Source: Candidatus Latescibacterota bacterium
GTDB lineage: Bacteria > Latescibacterota > UBA2968 > UBA8231
DNA length: 64,000 bases
Reading direction: 5' to 3'
NCBI GenBank assembly: GCA_965215195.1
Contig: CBDCDC010000002.1
Location: 1,920,001-1,984,000, forward strand
Shown here: positions 1 to 8,159 of the stretch, piece after piece
Layout of the letters: each line of letters opens with the position of its first letter
How positions within the stretch are numbered: the stretch's first letter is position 1
Translations under genes and position numbers: made by a program
Notes under the pieces: generated by a model
Databases searched by the model: none
Seen by the model: only the letters and a program-made list of their open reading frames with translations
Told to the model about the DNA's origin: nothing

Positions 1-312
1 CGCTTCGCGTTGGCAGAAGTAGTATCGGAAAGGCGCATCAAATCCGTTTACCGTATGATCCTCCTCAAACCAATACTCAAACAAGCGTCGAGCGACTCCC
101 GATGCCCCCTCGTAACCACTGTCGCGCCAAGCATCTACGGCCTTGCGGATTTTCGGCACTAGCAGGAGTTGGCTCGGGCGGCGGCCGGATTCCTCGCGCC
201 AGCCGGTCGGCGCGTCGTCGTCCTTGACCAAGTAGGAAGCGGGCCTTTCCCACGGGCGGCGACCCTGAATTTCCGGTAGGTCCTTGTCGTAATTGATGAC
301 AGCTTTTGCCAT
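1..312 (-). CDS. Type III restriction enzyme Res subunit (DEAD/DEAH-like), N-terminal part; runs off the window start
   Basis: Not in the ORF track. ATG at 312 gives an open frame to position 1: MAKAVINYDKDLPEIQGRRPWERPASYLV...LLVPKIRKAVDAWRDSGYEGASGVARRLFEYWFEEDH...FRYYFCQREA. The IRxAVxxWRxxGYxG...LxxYWF...YFCQREA pattern is typical of type III Res N-termini, and it lies directly downstream of a Mod-like C-terminus. Confidence 0.75.
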   Translation of the reverse strand, partial: MAKAVINYDKDLPEIQGRRPWERPASYLVKDDDAPTGWREESGRRPSQLLLVPKIRKAVDAWRDSGYEGASGVARRLFEYWFEEDHTVNGFDAPFRYYFCQREA

Positions 313-314
313 GG

Positions 315-508
315 CTATTTCACCTCAACATCAAGAGCTTGCGAGGTATCGTTGCCAAAGATGTCGATTACTTTGACCAGCACTCGGTATTTGCCGGACT
401 TCTCGTAAGTGTGGGAGTCGGAAATGAGTGGGAGCCTTCGATCTTTACGCGTGCGGTAGGCGACCCATCCCTGCATGATTCGGTCTTCGTGATGTCGATC
501 TTCGCCAT
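315..508 (-). pseudogene. Internally deleted type III Mod (DNA methyltransferase) remnant
   Basis: AAGGAG RBS plus ATG at 508 gives MAKIDITKTE. After a 2-nt offset, MQGWVAYRTRKDRRLPLISDSHTYEKSGKYRVLVKVIDIFGNDTSQALDVEVK* follows. VKVIDIFGNDT is a recognisable C-terminus of type III Mod proteins; no DPPY or FxGxG catalytic motifs remain. Confidence 0.7.
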
Positions 509-578
509 TATTCCGCTCCTTGGATTTGCTCAAATACTCACGATCTTAGATGAGGATGTCAAAGTCAGCAGGCATCAT
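498..578 (-). pseudogene. Collapsed paralogue of the AlbA_2/ATP-binding gene at 1421-2887 (only start and end retained)
   Basis: The frame reads MMPADFDILI*DREYLSKSKERNNGED. This matches the N-terminus (MTPADLDILIQ) and C-terminus (GRDYLHKFKGRDNGED) of the intact gene at 1421-2887. Confidence 0.8.
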
Positions 579-759
579 GCGCTCCCTCCGTCCATCCAAT
601 AACGCCTTCCGCACGGCGCATCAACCGCAGATCGCATTCTTGGCAAATTTTCGCCTCGGTCTGAATTCGGTTGAACGGGCTGTCGAGATGGCCAATAACC
701 TCGCGCTGACTGCCGCTGAGTTCCGGGTAGTGCTTTAGGATGGCGAGCGCGATGCTCAC
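565..759 (-). pseudogene. Collapsed UvrD/PcrA-like helicase-nuclease remnant
   Basis: The N-terminus LSGSQREVIGHLDSP resembles the UvrD Q-motif segment that normally continues into LLVIAGPGSGKT, but it stops before Walker A. The rest (ICQECDLRLM) resembles the CxxC tail of C-terminal PD-(D/E)XK domains. Confidence 0.55.
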
Positions 760-1376
760 AACAGCCCCGCCTTCCTAAAGCTGAAGGTCTCCGACGCCGA
801 CACGATTAGATGCTCGACAACCCGAAGGCTAATGGTTTCGGCGGCCAGTACGATGGCCCGCGTGACTACCTTGTCTTGTGCGCTCGGCTCGACATTGCCA
901 TTCGGATGGTTGTGCGCGAGTACGAGTGCCGCTGCTTGGCGCTTGAGCGCGGACTCCACGACGCGGCGCGGATACACCGCTGCTCGATCAATTGTGCCTT
1001 CCTGAAGCGTTTCGACGCCGTCGCGGAGTAGCCGATGTGCGGAGTCGAGGTATGCCACGGCGAACACCTCGTGCTTGAGGTGACCGATCCGCATGCGCCA
1101 GAAGTCGCCGAGCCGCTCTGGGTCGCGCAGCACTTCCGCTTCCCCTGATGCTTCCTGCAAGTAGAGCGTCGCCGATTCGCGGATGACTTTCAGGGAGATC
1201 GCGGCGACCTCGCCGATGCCCGGCACTGACCGCAACTCGGTTAGCGGCGCGTCCAAAACACCTCGCAGGCTGCCGAAGCGCTTGAGCAGTGCCTTGGCTT
1301 GTTGCTTCACGTCCGAGCGGGGGATGGCCAAGGTCAACAGCAACTCAATGACCTCGTGTTCGGCGAATCCCGCCAA
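756..1376 (-). CDS. radC: RadC/JAB (MPN) domain protein with HhH motif; natural 5' end frameshifted (possible pseudogene)
   Basis: Motifs ELLLTLAIPRSDVK, VPGIG (HhH), GTIDRAAVYPR and AHNHPNGNVEPSAQD (JAB). The probable original start at 1434 (MAKTEAH) is out of frame and followed by TAG TAA. Confidence 0.9.
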   Translation of the reverse strand: MAGFAEHEVIELLLTLAIPRSDVKQQAKALLKRFGSLRGVLDAPLTELRSVPGIGEVAAISLKVIRESATLYLQEASGEAEVLRDPERLGDFWRMRIGHLKHEVFAVAYLDSAHRLLRDGVETLQEGTIDRAAVYPRRVVESALKRQAAALVLAHNHPNGNVEPSAQDKVVTRAIVLAAETISLRVVEHLIVSASETFSFRKAGLL

Positions 1377-1420
1377 GCCGCTCTTGAGGAAGCGTTGGCA
1401 AAGACGATTACTAGTGAGCC

Positions 1421-2887
1421 TCAGTCTTCGCCATTATCCCGCCCTTTGAATTTGTGCAAATAGTCGCGTCCCGCCGGCGTCAGGCGATAGCACTGCTTTT
1501 TGCTGCGCGGCTTGTCGGGGATGGTCATTTCGATCAAGCCGGCTTGCAGGGCGGGCAATAGGTAGGTTTTGCGGACGTGTTTGGTATTCTTCAGGCCCAA
1601 GGCTTCTTGGATCTGCCTTCTGTTCATCTCGCCCGATATTACCCCTAAAAGACGCACTGCCCCGGTATCTTGGGGGGTAACTTCCCCGGTATCTTGGGGG
1701 GTATCTTGAGGGGTAACTTGGGGGGTAACTTCCCGGGTAACTTGATCTTCTAGTGCCCGCACCTCGGGGTCCGGCCGGAAAACAACGACAAAAAAGGCAC
1801 CCCGAATCTTAAATTCCGGTTCCGGGCAGCCCTGCTCCCGCGCCTCGTCCCGAATACGGCGAATACCAGTGCCCGCTTTCTCGATAAACTCAATGCGGTG
1901 GAGCAGATCGGCGATAAGTGGATTGCGACGGATGCTCTCGCGGCCGAGTTCGGCCAACTTCAGGCCCGTTGGCAGGCCGCCGGGACTTATCACCTCAATG
2001 CGATTGGCGTAGATCTCGACGAAGACGTTGGCACCCTCGAAAAACCAATCGCGGTGCATGACCGCGTTGGTGATGGCCTCGCGCAGCGCCTTCATCGGGT
2101 ATTCCGGGACGTTTTCGCGGCGCAGGCTTTCAATGCGATAGGCCGTGCGGGTATTGCGCTCAATGAAACCCAAGGCGTCCTCAATGTCGGCCACGATGCC
2201 GCCGTCAAAATCGCGGCGGTCGAGGATACGCACTTTGTCCGCGCCTTTGCCGAGCAGGCAGGTGATGTAGGCTTCGGAGAAGAAGTGCCGCACGTTCTTG
2301 GCGAAGAAGAGCACCCCCGCGTTGCGGAAGAGTAGCTTATCGCCCGCCCGCTCGGCCGCCTCGATGTTGACCAGCACGTCTTCAAGCGGCGGTTGTCCAC
2401 TGATGCCGGACAGCTTGAGCCAAGCGTCGTACTTCTCGCGGTCGAAGTCCTCCGGGTAGCGGAAACGAGGACAGGGCGAGAGATCAAACCGGATCACGCC
2501 CTCGCTGCGGAAGAAATCGCGGATTTCGTCGCGGCTGAGCTTTTGGGTCACCGCGCCCTGACGCCAGAAGAAGCCTTCGCTGCATTGCACCGGCTTGGCG
2601 TCGCTTTCCCGGACATGCACTGCGAATACGTCATCCACCGGCTCCACCAGTACCTTCACCGGGGGGTCGCAATTGCGGGCGATGTCCTGAATGCGGGCGC
2701 GCAGGGCATTGGAGTCCTTGACGCCGGTCACAGTGCCGTCATCGCGCACCCCGAGCAGGAGCTTGCCCCCAACTGTGTTGGCCATGGCCACCAGTTCTCG
2801 TGAGAACGACGACGAGAGGCCCTCTTTGAACTCAAGCGTGGTCCCTTCGCCTTGCTGAATGAGAATATCGAGGTCCGCAGGTGTCAT
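1421..2887 (-). CDS. AlbA_2 (Schlafen-like) + HATPase_c_4 + C-terminal HTH ATP-binding protein
   Basis: GEGTTLEFKE...ELVAMANTVGGKLLLGVRDDG (AlbA_2); ALREAITNAVMHRD, ISPGGLP, RNPLIA, EKAGTGI (HATPase_c_4); C-terminal IEMTIPDKPRSKKQCYRLT HTH. Confidence 0.88.
   Translation of the reverse strand: MTPADLDILIQQGEGTTLEFKEGLSSSFSRELVAMANTVGGKLLLGVRDDGTVTGVKDSNALRARIQDIARNCDPPVKVLVEPVDDVFAVHVRESDAKPVQCSEGFFWRQGAVTQKLSRDEIRDFFRSEGVIRFDLSPCPRFRYPEDFDREKYDAWLKLSGISGQPPLEDVLVNIEAAERAGDKLLFRNAGVLFFAKNVRHFFSEAYITCLLGKGADKVRILDRRDFDGGIVADIEDALGFIERNTRTAYRIESLRRENVPEYPMKALREAITNAVMHRDWFFEGANVFVEIYANRIEVISPGGLPTGLKLAELGRESIRRNPLIADLLHRIEFIEKAGTGIRRIRDEAREQGCPEPEFKIRGAFFVVVFRPDPEVRALEDQVTREVTPQVTPQDTPQDTGEVTPQDTGAVRLLGVISGEMNRRQIQEALGLKNTKHVRKTYLLPALQAGLIEMTIPDKPRSKKQCYRLTPAGRDYLHKFKGRDNGED
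1661..1744 (-). repeat. Degenerate 12-bp tandem repeat (about 7 units) encoding a VTPQ/DTPQ/VTRE linker
   Basis: Protein QVTREVTPQVTPQDTPQDTGEVTPQDTG; DNA units of the type GTTACCCCCCAA / GATACCCCCCAA. Confidence 0.85.
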
Positions 2888-3144
2888 AGATTCTGAAGTA
2901 GTCGGAGCAGCTTAGTTGTGGAATCCCGCACTGCGTGATGGAGTTGGCCGCTGATATGCCTCAATTGATAGGGTTTGCTCGCTCGATGTCAAGCTGGTGG
3001 GGATGCTAGCAAGCGGCATTGTCTCGCCTCCGTCGTCCTATACTTTAGTGGCAAGCAAAAAGACGATGGAAAACCGAGCGAATTACGCGCTGTTGGCGAC
3101 CTCGCGAAACTTGGTGCCCGGCGTTAGGTAAGGAGGATGAGACA

Positions 3145-3351
3145 ATGAGACAAGCGATTATTTACCGAGGCGAAGATGGCTATTGGGTTGCTGAATGCCC
3201 TAGCTTGCCCGGTTGTATCAGCCAAGGGAAAACAAAGCAAGAAGCCATCGCCAACCTCAGAGAGGCGATTGAAGGGTACATTCTTTCCCTTGAGGAGGAT
3301 GGACTATTGGTTCCTAAAGAACAGTTTGAGGCATTGGTAGTAGCCGTGTGA
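3145..3351 (+). CDS. hicB: Short HicB-family antitoxin (no DNA-binding domain)
   Basis: GEDGYWVAECPSLPGCISQGKTKQEAIANLREAIEGY; strong AAGGAGG RBS upstream. Confidence 0.9.
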   Translation: MRQAIIYRGEDGYWVAECPSLPGCISQGKTKQEAIANLREAIEGYILSLEEDGLLVPKEQFEALVVAV

Positions 3352-3542
3352 GCCGATTGCCGAGAATTTCAGGGAGAGCCTGCGTCAATGCACTCGGCAA
3401 AGTTGGTTTTTACCATAAACGCCAGCACGGTAGCCATATAATTCTGCGTCGATTCGCTCAAGTCGTCATTCCCGATCACAAAGAACTGGATAGGATCAGA
3501 CAAGCTGACCTTGGTGTAGAAGAGTTTGTACGATTACTGTGA
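3348..3542 (+). CDS. hicA: HicA-family mRNA interferase, apparently with small in-frame deletions
   Basis: LPRISG...ALGKVGF...RQHGSHIILRR...VVIPDHKELD; GTGA overlap with hicB. Confidence 0.85.
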   Translation: MSRLPRISGRACVNALGKVGFYHKRQHGSHIILRRFAQVVIPDHKELDRIRQADLGVEEFVRLL

Positions 3543-3557
3543 ACGCGTTGTTAGCCG

Positions 3558-4496
3558 ATGGATAAATTGCCCGATGTCATTCCCTTGACGCCCTATTACC
3601 GCGAGATGGTGTGGGGCGGACGCCGCTTAGCCGCGCTCTACGGCAAGGCCCTGCCAGACGATGCGCTCGTTGGCGAGTCCTTTGAACTGTCTGCGTATGA
3701 GGGCCGCGAGAGCCGGGCGGCGGACGGTCGCTCCCTGTGCGAGTTGGTGGAAACGCACCGGGCCGACTTGGTCGGCGCGGCCGTGTGGGCGCGCTACGGT
3801 GGGCACTTCCCCCTGCTGGTCAAGCTCCTCGACGCTCAGCAAGACCTGTCGATCCAAGTGCATCCCAGCGACGAGTACGCCCGGCGCAACGGATTGGCCG
3901 ACAGCGGCAAGATGGAGGCGTGGTACGTGCTACAATCAGACGGCGGCCGCGTGGCTTGCGGGCTGGCCGAGGGCGTGGGCCGTGCGGAGTTTGTCGCTGC
4001 ACACGCGGCCAACCGCGTGGCCGAGGTCGTCCGCTTTTACCCAGTCGCGCCGGGGGACGTGCTCTTTTTGCCGCCGGGCACGGTACACGCCCTGTGCCGA
4101 GGGGTCGTCCTGTACGAGGTGCAGCAAGCGAGCGACCTGACCTTCCGCATTTACGACTACGGCCGGCCGCGCCCCCTGCACTGGGAGCAGGCCCTCGCGG
4201 TCATCAACTTTGCCCAGGGCTTGCCCGGGCCGGTGCCGCATCCAGTGCTGCGCGGCCAAGTGCTGGTAGAGTCCGAGCACTTTGTGCTGCACGGCTGCGG
4301 CTTACCCAGCGGTCAAGCCGAGCATCGGGCTGAAGAGTCGTTTCTGGCGCTGACGGTCGTCCGCGGCCGGGCGCGCGTGGGCGAGTGTGCCTTGAGCGCG
4401 GGCGCGACCGCATTAGTACCGGCTGGGCGCACTTGCGAGATCGTGCGACTGGGGAGCGAAAAATTGGACTATTTAATCGCTTCCGTACCCACCTGA
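3558..4496 (+). CDS. manA: Class I mannose-6-phosphate isomerase (cupin)
   Basis: VWGG, GESFELS, FPLLVKLLDA, LSIQVHP, GKMEAWY, GTVHA, EVQQASDLTFRIYDYGR. Confidence 0.9.
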   Translation: MDKLPDVIPLTPYYREMVWGGRRLAALYGKALPDDALVGESFELSAYEGRESRAADGRSLCELVETHRADLVGAAVWARYGGHFPLLVKLLDAQQDLSIQVHPSDEYARRNGLADSGKMEAWYVLQSDGGRVACGLAEGVGRAEFVAAHAANRVAEVVRFYPVAPGDVLFLPPGTVHALCRGVVLYEVQQASDLTFRIYDYGRPRPLHWEQALAVINFAQGLPGPVPHPVLRGQVLVESEHFVLHGCGLPSGQAEHRAEESFLALTVVRGRARVGECALSAGATALVPAGRTCEIVRLGSEKLDYLIASVPT

Positions 4497-4550
4497 AAAG
4501 CCTTGCTGGAACGTTCACTAGGATATTTCGTCCGTTCCTTCAGCTTCCCC

Positions 4551-5606
4551 TCAATCCAGCCCTATCTCCCCCCCCGCCTCTTGGCTCCGATAGATCCCAT
4601 CGAGAATTTTCATCACCTGTAAGGATTGTTCAGGCGGCACCGGCGAGGGCCGCCCTTGGGCAATCGCCGCGGCGAACTCCACGCATTCCTGCGCGTGGGC
4701 TTCGAGGCCGTCGTACATCAGCATGAGCTTGCGGTCGTACTGCTGGCGGGTCTGGTTGTTGCTCTCGCAAATCGAGCACTGGGGCCAATGCGCCCCGCCG
4801 CGGCTGCCGTAGAGCCACATCTGCATGTCCTCGCCTTGGACCGGGTGGTGCAAAAGCCAGCTCACCTCCAGCATGAGCGTCGCGCCGTTGGCAAAGCGCA
4901 CAAAGGCCGCGGCAAAATCCTCGACATCGTAGTGGGCGGGGATCGGCTGGCGACCCCATTGGCTGAAAGCCCCCTCTTGGTGCGCCAATTCAGCGCGGGC
5001 CACGCCCGAAACAGCCACCGGCTCGGGATGCCCCATAAACCACAAGGTCAGGTCGAGAATGTGGACCCCAATGTCGATACAAGGACCGCCGCCGCTGTGC
5101 TCCTTGAGAATAAACCCGCCGCCGACCGGCGCACCGGCCCGGCGCAGCATCCAACTGCGGGCGTGGTAGATGGGGCCGAGCGCGCCTGTGTCCAACTCGG
5201 CCTTTAGCGCACGCGCCGCCCCCTGAAAGCGAAAGTGCTGGGCCGTCATCAGCTCCTTGCCCGAGGCATCGCGCGCCGCAATCATCTGGCGCACGTCCTC
5301 GGGCGTGGGGGCCAAGGGCTTCTCGCAGATTACGTGCTTGCCAGCCGACAGCGCGGCAATGGCCAACGGGGCGTGATACATGTTGGGCGTGCAGATGTCG
5401 ATAATGTCGATATCGGGATCGCTGAACAGCACCTCCGGGTCGGCGTGCAGCTTGGCGACCCCGTTTTCTGCGCCAAAGCGCCGCAGCGCGTCCGCGCTAA
5501 TATCGCTGCCGGCGACCAACTCGGCCTCGCTAGAAGCTTCCCATCCGGGGATGTGCGTGCGGGCGATCCCGCCGACGCCGACGATACCTACTTTGAGCGT
5601 ACTCAT
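4551..5606 (-). CDS. Gfo/Idh/MocA family NAD(P)-dependent oxidoreductase
   Basis: GIVGVGGIA Rossmann motif, GKHVICEKP, GGGPCIDIGVH. Confidence 0.92.
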   Translation of the reverse strand: MSTLKVGIVGVGGIARTHIPGWEASSEAELVAGSDISADALRRFGAENGVAKLHADPEVLFSDPDIDIIDICTPNMYHAPLAIAALSAGKHVICEKPLAPTPEDVRQMIAARDASGKELMTAQHFRFQGAARALKAELDTGALGPIYHARSWMLRRAGAPVGGGFILKEHSGGGPCIDIGVHILDLTLWFMGHPEPVAVSGVARAELAHQEGAFSQWGRQPIPAHYDVEDFAAAFVRFANGATLMLEVSWLLHHPVQGEDMQMWLYGSRGGAHWPQCSICESNNQTRQQYDRKLMLMYDGLEAHAQECVEFAAAIAQGRPSPVPPEQSLQVMKILDGIYRSQEAGGEIGLD

Positions 5607-5649
5607 GGCTTATCCTTTTGTGAATTGTGGTTTGATACACCGGTTCGGT

Positions 5650-6402
5650 TTATATCCGCGTCAGGGCTTCTGCCGGCATCCACCCGCCGAGGCCATTGGC
5701 CAGCCGCACCAGCATCCACCCCTCCTCCTGCCGCACCAAGCGCACCTTCGTCCCTTCGTGCGCGACAAAAACCTCGGTCTGCCCAAGGTCGGGGCCGGAG
5801 CGCGCCCGCGCCTCAACCGCCGTGACAATGGCTTCGCTCGTCTGCGCCCGATGGCGGAGGCGCGTTCCCAGCCAGAGCGCGGACCCAACGCTCAGCCCCG
5901 CACAGAGCCAAACCCCGACTAGCCACAGCGCCCCGGGGCGCGTCTGCGCAAACAACCACCGCACCCCCAAGACAAAGACCGCGAAAAACGCCGCGGCCAA
6001 CAGCAGGCTGAGCTGATTGAACGTAGGCCAGAAATAGGCGGCCACCAGCGCGGCCACCAGCGCACCGAGCCCGTCCTCTGTTTGCGGGTCGCGGTCCTGC
6101 TTCACTAGGTTGGCAAAGCGCAGATTGGCCTCAATGTCCTCGTCGTGCGGCAGCAAACGCCGCGCCCGCTCATACCAGAGAATCGCTTCGCCTAGCTGCC
6201 CGGACTTGAAGCAGGCATTGCCCAGATTGTAGTAGAGCCGAGCGTCTTGTACCCCGGCTTCTACCACCTCCAAGTAGCTGCGCCGCGCTGCGGCAAAATC
6301 CCCGGCCCGATAGAGCGCGTTGGCTTCGTTGTACTGCCCAGCCGCGGCCCCGGCGTGGAGTTGGGTGCCCAACAGGAGCAACAGCGCCAGGGCGCGCATC
6401 AT
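5650..6402 (-). CDS. batE: BatE-like TPR + TM + SH3b protein
   Basis: Signal peptide, TPR (LYYNLGNA...AILWYERA...DIEANL), two TM segments, SH3b (ARSGP...HEGTKV...GWM). ATG at 6402 overlaps the batD stop. Confidence 0.8.
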   Translation of the reverse strand: MMRALALLLLLGTQLHAGAAAGQYNEANALYRAGDFAAARRSYLEVVEAGVQDARLYYNLGNACFKSGQLGEAILWYERARRLLPHDEDIEANLRFANLVKQDRDPQTEDGLGALVAALVAAYFWPTFNQLSLLLAAAFFAVFVLGVRWLFAQTRPGALWLVGVWLCAGLSVGSALWLGTRLRHRAQTSEAIVTAVEARARSGPDLGQTEVFVAHEGTKVRLVRQEEGWMLVRLANGLGGWMPAEALTRI

Positions 6403-8159
6403 ATCTGTTTCTCCAAACCCGCGATCACCTCCTCGGCCAAGCACCGCGCCGCAGCCCGGTCCGTCGGCGGGCCGCCTGCGGGCGCAAAGCGCGCAAAGTC
6501 GCAGCGCGTCAGCAGGTCGCGCAACGTAGCAATCGTCTCGGCATCCACTTGACGCGCCGCCAAGGCCGCGGCGCAGACCTCAATGGTCAGGCCAGCCGCG
6601 GCGAGGTTGAGGCGGTCGGCCACGAACTCCAGCACAGCGGCGCGCACCTCGCCGTAGAACTCGGCCGCGCTGCCAGCCGCGAGCAAGGCATCGGCGCGGG
6701 ATAGGCGGCGGCTGGCCTCGCCTTTGGCCCGGCGCTGGCGCGCATACGCCACATCGCCCTGCAAGCGCCGCTGATGGCGTTGCCACAAGAGCAGGGCGAA
6801 GAAGGCAATGGGCAATGCGCCCTGCAAGGCCCAAAACCAACGGCTCTCGTGTAGCATGGTGCCCGCGGCGAGGGCCTCGACGTCGGGCTTGATGTAGCGA
6901 ATGTCCTCCCCTACGGCCTCGATGTCCCGCCGGCTCAGCCCGTAGCTCGCCCCTTCCTCCTCAACGCGCCCCTCGCTGTGAATGGCGATGGGCGCGGATT
7001 CGAGGACTTCGTAGCGCCCTTGGTGCGGGTCAAAGTACGCAAAGCGCAACGGCGGGATGTTCAGGGTGCCGCCCTGCTCGGGAATCAAGATGTACTCAAA
7101 GAGGCGGCGGCCCCCGTACACGCCGTTGGTGACCCGCTCTTCTTCCTCGACCTTGGGGTCGTAGATCTTGACGCCGGGCGCGGCATCTACTTGGAGCGGC
7201 TGCACTGCGGCCATGTTGCCCTCGCCCTCGACGATCACTTGCAGCGTCACCGGATCCCCGGCCGCGACTTGGGTCGGCTGGGCCGCGACGCCGAGCTGGA
7301 AGCGCCCTACCGCGCCGGTAAATTCCGCCGGGCGACCCTGCGCTGGCAGCGGTAGGACCTCAATTTGCAGTTCCTCGCTTTGCAGGAGCAGCGAGCGCGA
7401 GCGGCCAAAGAAGTCGTCAAACAGGCCGCCGCGCCGCGAGCGCTTTTGGGGGATGTCGCAAGAAACGGCCAACGTGCCGACGGCGTGGGTCCCCGCGCCA
7501 GTGGGAAAAAGGGCCACGCGCCGCAGGGGCGCGACGTTGAAGGACACGCCGCCGCGCACCTCCTGATGCGCCTTTAGCTGTTGGGCGACAAAGAGGTCTT
7601 CGGTCCAGAACCCGACAAAGGTCGGCAGCTTGTTGAAGCTGACGTTGTGCGGTTGGACGCGGTAGAACAGGTCGTAGGACACGGTGACCTGCTGCCCCAC
7701 ATAAGCCCGCTCGTGATCGGCGCGCGCCAACACGAAGATGGGATCGTCTGCTTGGCCAGCTTGCGCGCGACTGGTGCCGCGGACGATTTCGACGGCAATG
7801 GGCTTGGTCTGATAGTGCTCGCCGTCCATTTCTAGCTGGAGCGGGCCGATGGTGAAGGTGCCGGCCCGCTTGGCATAGAGGACGTACGTTAGCTCGCGGG
7901 TGAAGCTGAAGTTGGTGAAGTTGCTCATCTCCATCCGCGTACTAACGGCTGGCCCCTCAACGTGGAAATCCTTTAGGTCGAGTGCTGGCGTCAGCTCGCC
8001 CAATTGCGCGTCCGAGGCGATGCGCAGCGTCAGGCGGATCGGCTCGCCCTCGCCAGCGCGCGCGCGATCGACGGACGCCTCAAACTGAATCGTCGCCCCT
8101 GCAACGCCGGACGCTGCAAGCACCCACAGCACGAGCGGGATGGCCAGACGTGCGCTCAC
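6399..8159 (-). CDS. batD: BatD family protein
   Basis: Signal peptide, YVGQQV, ALFP, FTGAVGRF, GEGNM, YFDP...Y, DIRYIK, then TM and a C-terminal CDFARFAP. Confidence 0.88.
   Translation of the reverse strand: MSARLAIPLVLWVLAASGVAGATIQFEASVDRARAGEGEPIRLTLRIASDAQLGELTPALDLKDFHVEGPAVSTRMEMSNFTNFSFTRELTYVLYAKRAGTFTIGPLQLEMDGEHYQTKPIAVEIVRGTSRAQAGQADDPIFVLARADHERAYVGQQVTVSYDLFYRVQPHNVSFNKLPTFVGFWTEDLFVAQQLKAHQEVRGGVSFNVAPLRRVALFPTGAGTHAVGTLAVSCDIPQKRSRRGGLFDDFFGRSRSLLLQSEELQIEVLPLPAQGRPAEFTGAVGRFQLGVAAQPTQVAAGDPVTLQVIVEGEGNMAAVQPLQVDAAPGVKIYDPKVEEEERVTNGVYGGRRLFEYILIPEQGGTLNIPPLRFAYFDPHQGRYEVLESAPIAIHSEGRVEEEGASYGLSRRDIEAVGEDIRYIKPDVEALAAGTMLHESRWFWALQGALPIAFFALLLWQRHQRRLQGDVAYARQRRAKGEASRRLSRADALLAAGSAAEFYGEVRAAVLEFVADRLNLAAAGLTIEVCAAALAARQVDAETIATLRDLLTRCDFARFAPAGGPPTDRAAARCLAEEVIAGLEKQI

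Noticed and set aside
3075-3100. ANYALLA resembles a tmRNA tag (ENYALAA)
   Set aside because: No stop follows the motif, and there are no tRNA-like ends or pseudoknot pattern.
1-3550. Active mobile element at the defence island
   Set aside because: No integrase, transposase, terminal repeats or att duplication visible; the left boundary lies outside the window.
6037-6064. 12-bp tandem duplication in batE (ALVAALVAA)
   Set aside because: A trivial in-frame duplication with no evident consequence.
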